64,000 nucleotides of DNA from Squalus acanthias (Eukaryota). The stretch spans positions 3,782,001 through 3,846,000 of the forward strand of contig JASTWF010000034.1 of NCBI GenBank assembly GCA_030390025.1. Reading direction: 5' to 3'. Shown here piece after piece: positions 61,605 to 64,000 of this stretch (within the stretch, counting starts at the first letter, position 1; the number at the start of each line of letters is the position of its first letter). The notes beneath the pieces are model-generated. The model was not told where the DNA came from. It was given only the letters and a program-made list of their open reading frames with translations, and did no database searches. Position numbers and translations under genes: made by a program.

Positions 61605-64000
61605 TACATAACGAACATACGAATTAGGAGCAGGAGTCGGCCATTCGGTCCCTCAAGCCTGTTCCGCCATTCAATAAGATCATGGCTGATCTGATTACTC
61701 CACATTCCCGTCCAACCCCCGATAACCTTTCACCCCCTTGCTTACCAAGAATCTATCTACGTCCGCCTTAAAAATATTCAAAGACTCTGCTTCCACCGCC
61801 CTCTGAGGAAGAGAGTTCCAAAGACTCACGACCCTCTGAGAAAAAACATTCTCCTCATCTCTATCGAAAATGGGCGCTCCATTATCTTTAAACAGTGACC
61901 CCTCATTCGAGATTCTCCCACAAGAGGAAACATCCTCTCCGCATCCACCCTGTCAAGACCCCTCAGGATCTTATAGGTTTCAATCAAGTCACCTCTTACT
62001 CTTCTAAACTCCAGTGGATACAAGCCTAGCCTGCCCAACCTTTCCTCATAAGACAACCCGCCCATTCCAGGTATTAGTCTAGTAAACCTTCTCTGAACTG
62101 CTTCCAACGCATTTACATCCTTCCTTAGATAAGGAGACCAATACTGTACTCAGTACTCCAGATGTGGTCTCACCAATGCCCTCTATAACTGAAGCATAAA
62201 CTCCCTACTTTTGTATTCAATTCCCCTCGCAATAAACGTTAACATTCTATTAGCTGTCCTAATTACTCGCAGTACCTGCATACTAACCTTTTGTGATTCA
62301 TGCACTAGGACACCCAGAACCCTCTGCATCTCAAAGCTCTGCAATCTCTCACTATTTAGATAATATGCTTCTTTTTTATTTTTCCTGCCAAAATGCACAA
62401 TTGCACATTTTCACAAATTATACTCTATTTGCCAGATCTTTGCCCAGTCACTTAACCTATTCAGATACATAGATACATAGATACATAGAAGATAGGAGCA
62501 GGAGTAGGCCATCCGGCCCTTCGAGCCTGCTCCGCCATTTAATGAGATCATGGCTGATCCTCCAATTCAGTATCCCGTCCCCGCCTTCTCTCCGTAACCC
62601 TTAACCCCTTTTGCCTGTAGAAATACATCTAATTCCCTCTTAAATATATTTAATGAGCTGGCGTACACTGCCCTCTGTGGCAATGAGTTCCACAGGTTCA
62701 CCACCCTCTGAGTGAAGAAATTCCCCCTCATTTCTGTCCTAAATGGTTTAGCCCTTATCCTTAAATTATGTCCTCTAGTTCTGTTCTCACCCGCCAAGGG
62801 AAACATTCCTTCTGCATCTAGTCTGTCTAGACCTGTCAGAATTTTATACACTTCTATGAGGTCCCCTCTCAATCTTCTAAACTCCAGTGTGTACATCCCT
62901 AAACTACATAGTCTCTCCTCATAGGTCAATCCCGCCATTCCTGGTATCAGCCTGGTGAATCGCCGCTGCACCCCCTCCATGGCAAGAACATCTTTCCTCA
63001 GATGAGGCGACCAAAACTGTACACAGTACTCGAGGTGTGGTCTCACCAGTGCCCAGATACCTTTGTAGCCACCATATGTCCTCTTCACAATTTACTTTCC
63101 TACCTATCTTTTTGTCATAAGCAAATTTAGCAACCATACCTTCGATCCCTTCATCCAAGACATTTATATAAATTGTAAAAAGTTGAGGCCCCAGCATTAT
63201 CCCTGTGGCACACTACACATTACATTTGCTAAGCAGAAAATGACCCATTTATGCCTACACTCTGTTTCCGGTTAGCTAGCCAATCTTCTATCCATGCCAA
63301 TATGTTACCCCCTACACCATGAGCTTTTATTTTCCGAAATAACCTTTGATGTGGCACCTTATCAAATGCCTTCTGGAATTCTAAGTACAGTACATCCACC
63401 GGTTCCCCTTTATCCACAGCACATGTTACTTCCTCAAAGAACTCCAATAAATTGGTTAAACATGATTTCCCTTTCACAAAACCATGCTGACTCTGCCTGA
63501 TTACCTTGAACTTTTACAAGTGCCCTGCTATAACGTCTTTAATAATAGTTTCTAGCATCTTCCCTAAGACAGGTGTTAAGCTAACTGGCCTGTAGTTTCC
63601 TGCTTTCTGTCTCCCTCCCTTTTTGAATGAAGGAGTTACAATCGCTATTTTCTAATCTAATGGAACCTTCCCCGAATCTAGGGAATTTTGGAAAATTAAA
63701 ACCAACGCATCAACTATCTCACTAGCTACTTCTTTTAAGACCCTAGGATGAAGTCCATCAGGACTCGGGGACTTGTCAGCCCGCATCTCCAACAATTTCC
63801 TCATTACTACTTCCCTGGTGATTGTAATTTTCCTGACTTCCTCCCTCCCTTCCATTTCCTGATCTACAGCTGTTTCTGGAATGTTACTTGTATCCTCTAT
63901 AGTGAAGACCGATGCAAAATACCTGTTCAATTCAACTGCCATCTCCTTATTTTCCATTATTAATTCCCCAGACTCACTTTTTATAGCACCAACGCTCCCT
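61605..64000 (-). mobile_element. CR1 LINE running off the window end, with a nested younger CR1 3' fragment (62462-63060)
   Basis: RT ORFs 63652-63957, 63229-63477, 62183-62398 and 61826-62107; nested copy flanked by CAGATAC direct repeats at 62462-62468 and 63054-63060. Confidence 0.9.

Overview
Vertebrate genomic DNA, most likely from a cartilaginous fish (shark-type CR1 LINEs with (TATGTTTC)n tails, HE1-like and Deu-domain SINEs, Penelope termini). Most of the window is LINE debris and minisatellites. Non-repeat content: (1) a three-exon PEX5 pseudogene fragment at 2.7-4.6 kb; (2) a two-exon rhodopsin-class orphan GPCR of the GPR139/GPR142-like type on the minus strand (exon 1 at 42.5-42.7 kb, exon 2 at 18.3-19.2 kb); (3) a second, open exon-2 copy on the plus strand (49.7-50.6 kb) with no exon 1 of its own visible; (4) an apparently complete PIF/Harbinger DNA transposon (55813-59878) with TIRs, a TAT target duplication, an intact DDE transposase and a convergent spliced Myb/SANT-like gene, plus two decayed Harbinger copies. 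The window is organised as a large inverted segmental duplication (about 6.2-22.0 kb versus 46.4-61.6 kb) around a ~24 kb spacer holding the only exon 1, so inverting the spacer would swap which exon 2 is used. The two exon-2 copies differ mainly in their extracellular loops. Also seen: minimal hammerhead ribozyme motifs in Penelope termini and tandem YY1-motif arrays right after both GPCR stop codons. All assignments were made by eye without database searches; repeat boundaries are approximate.
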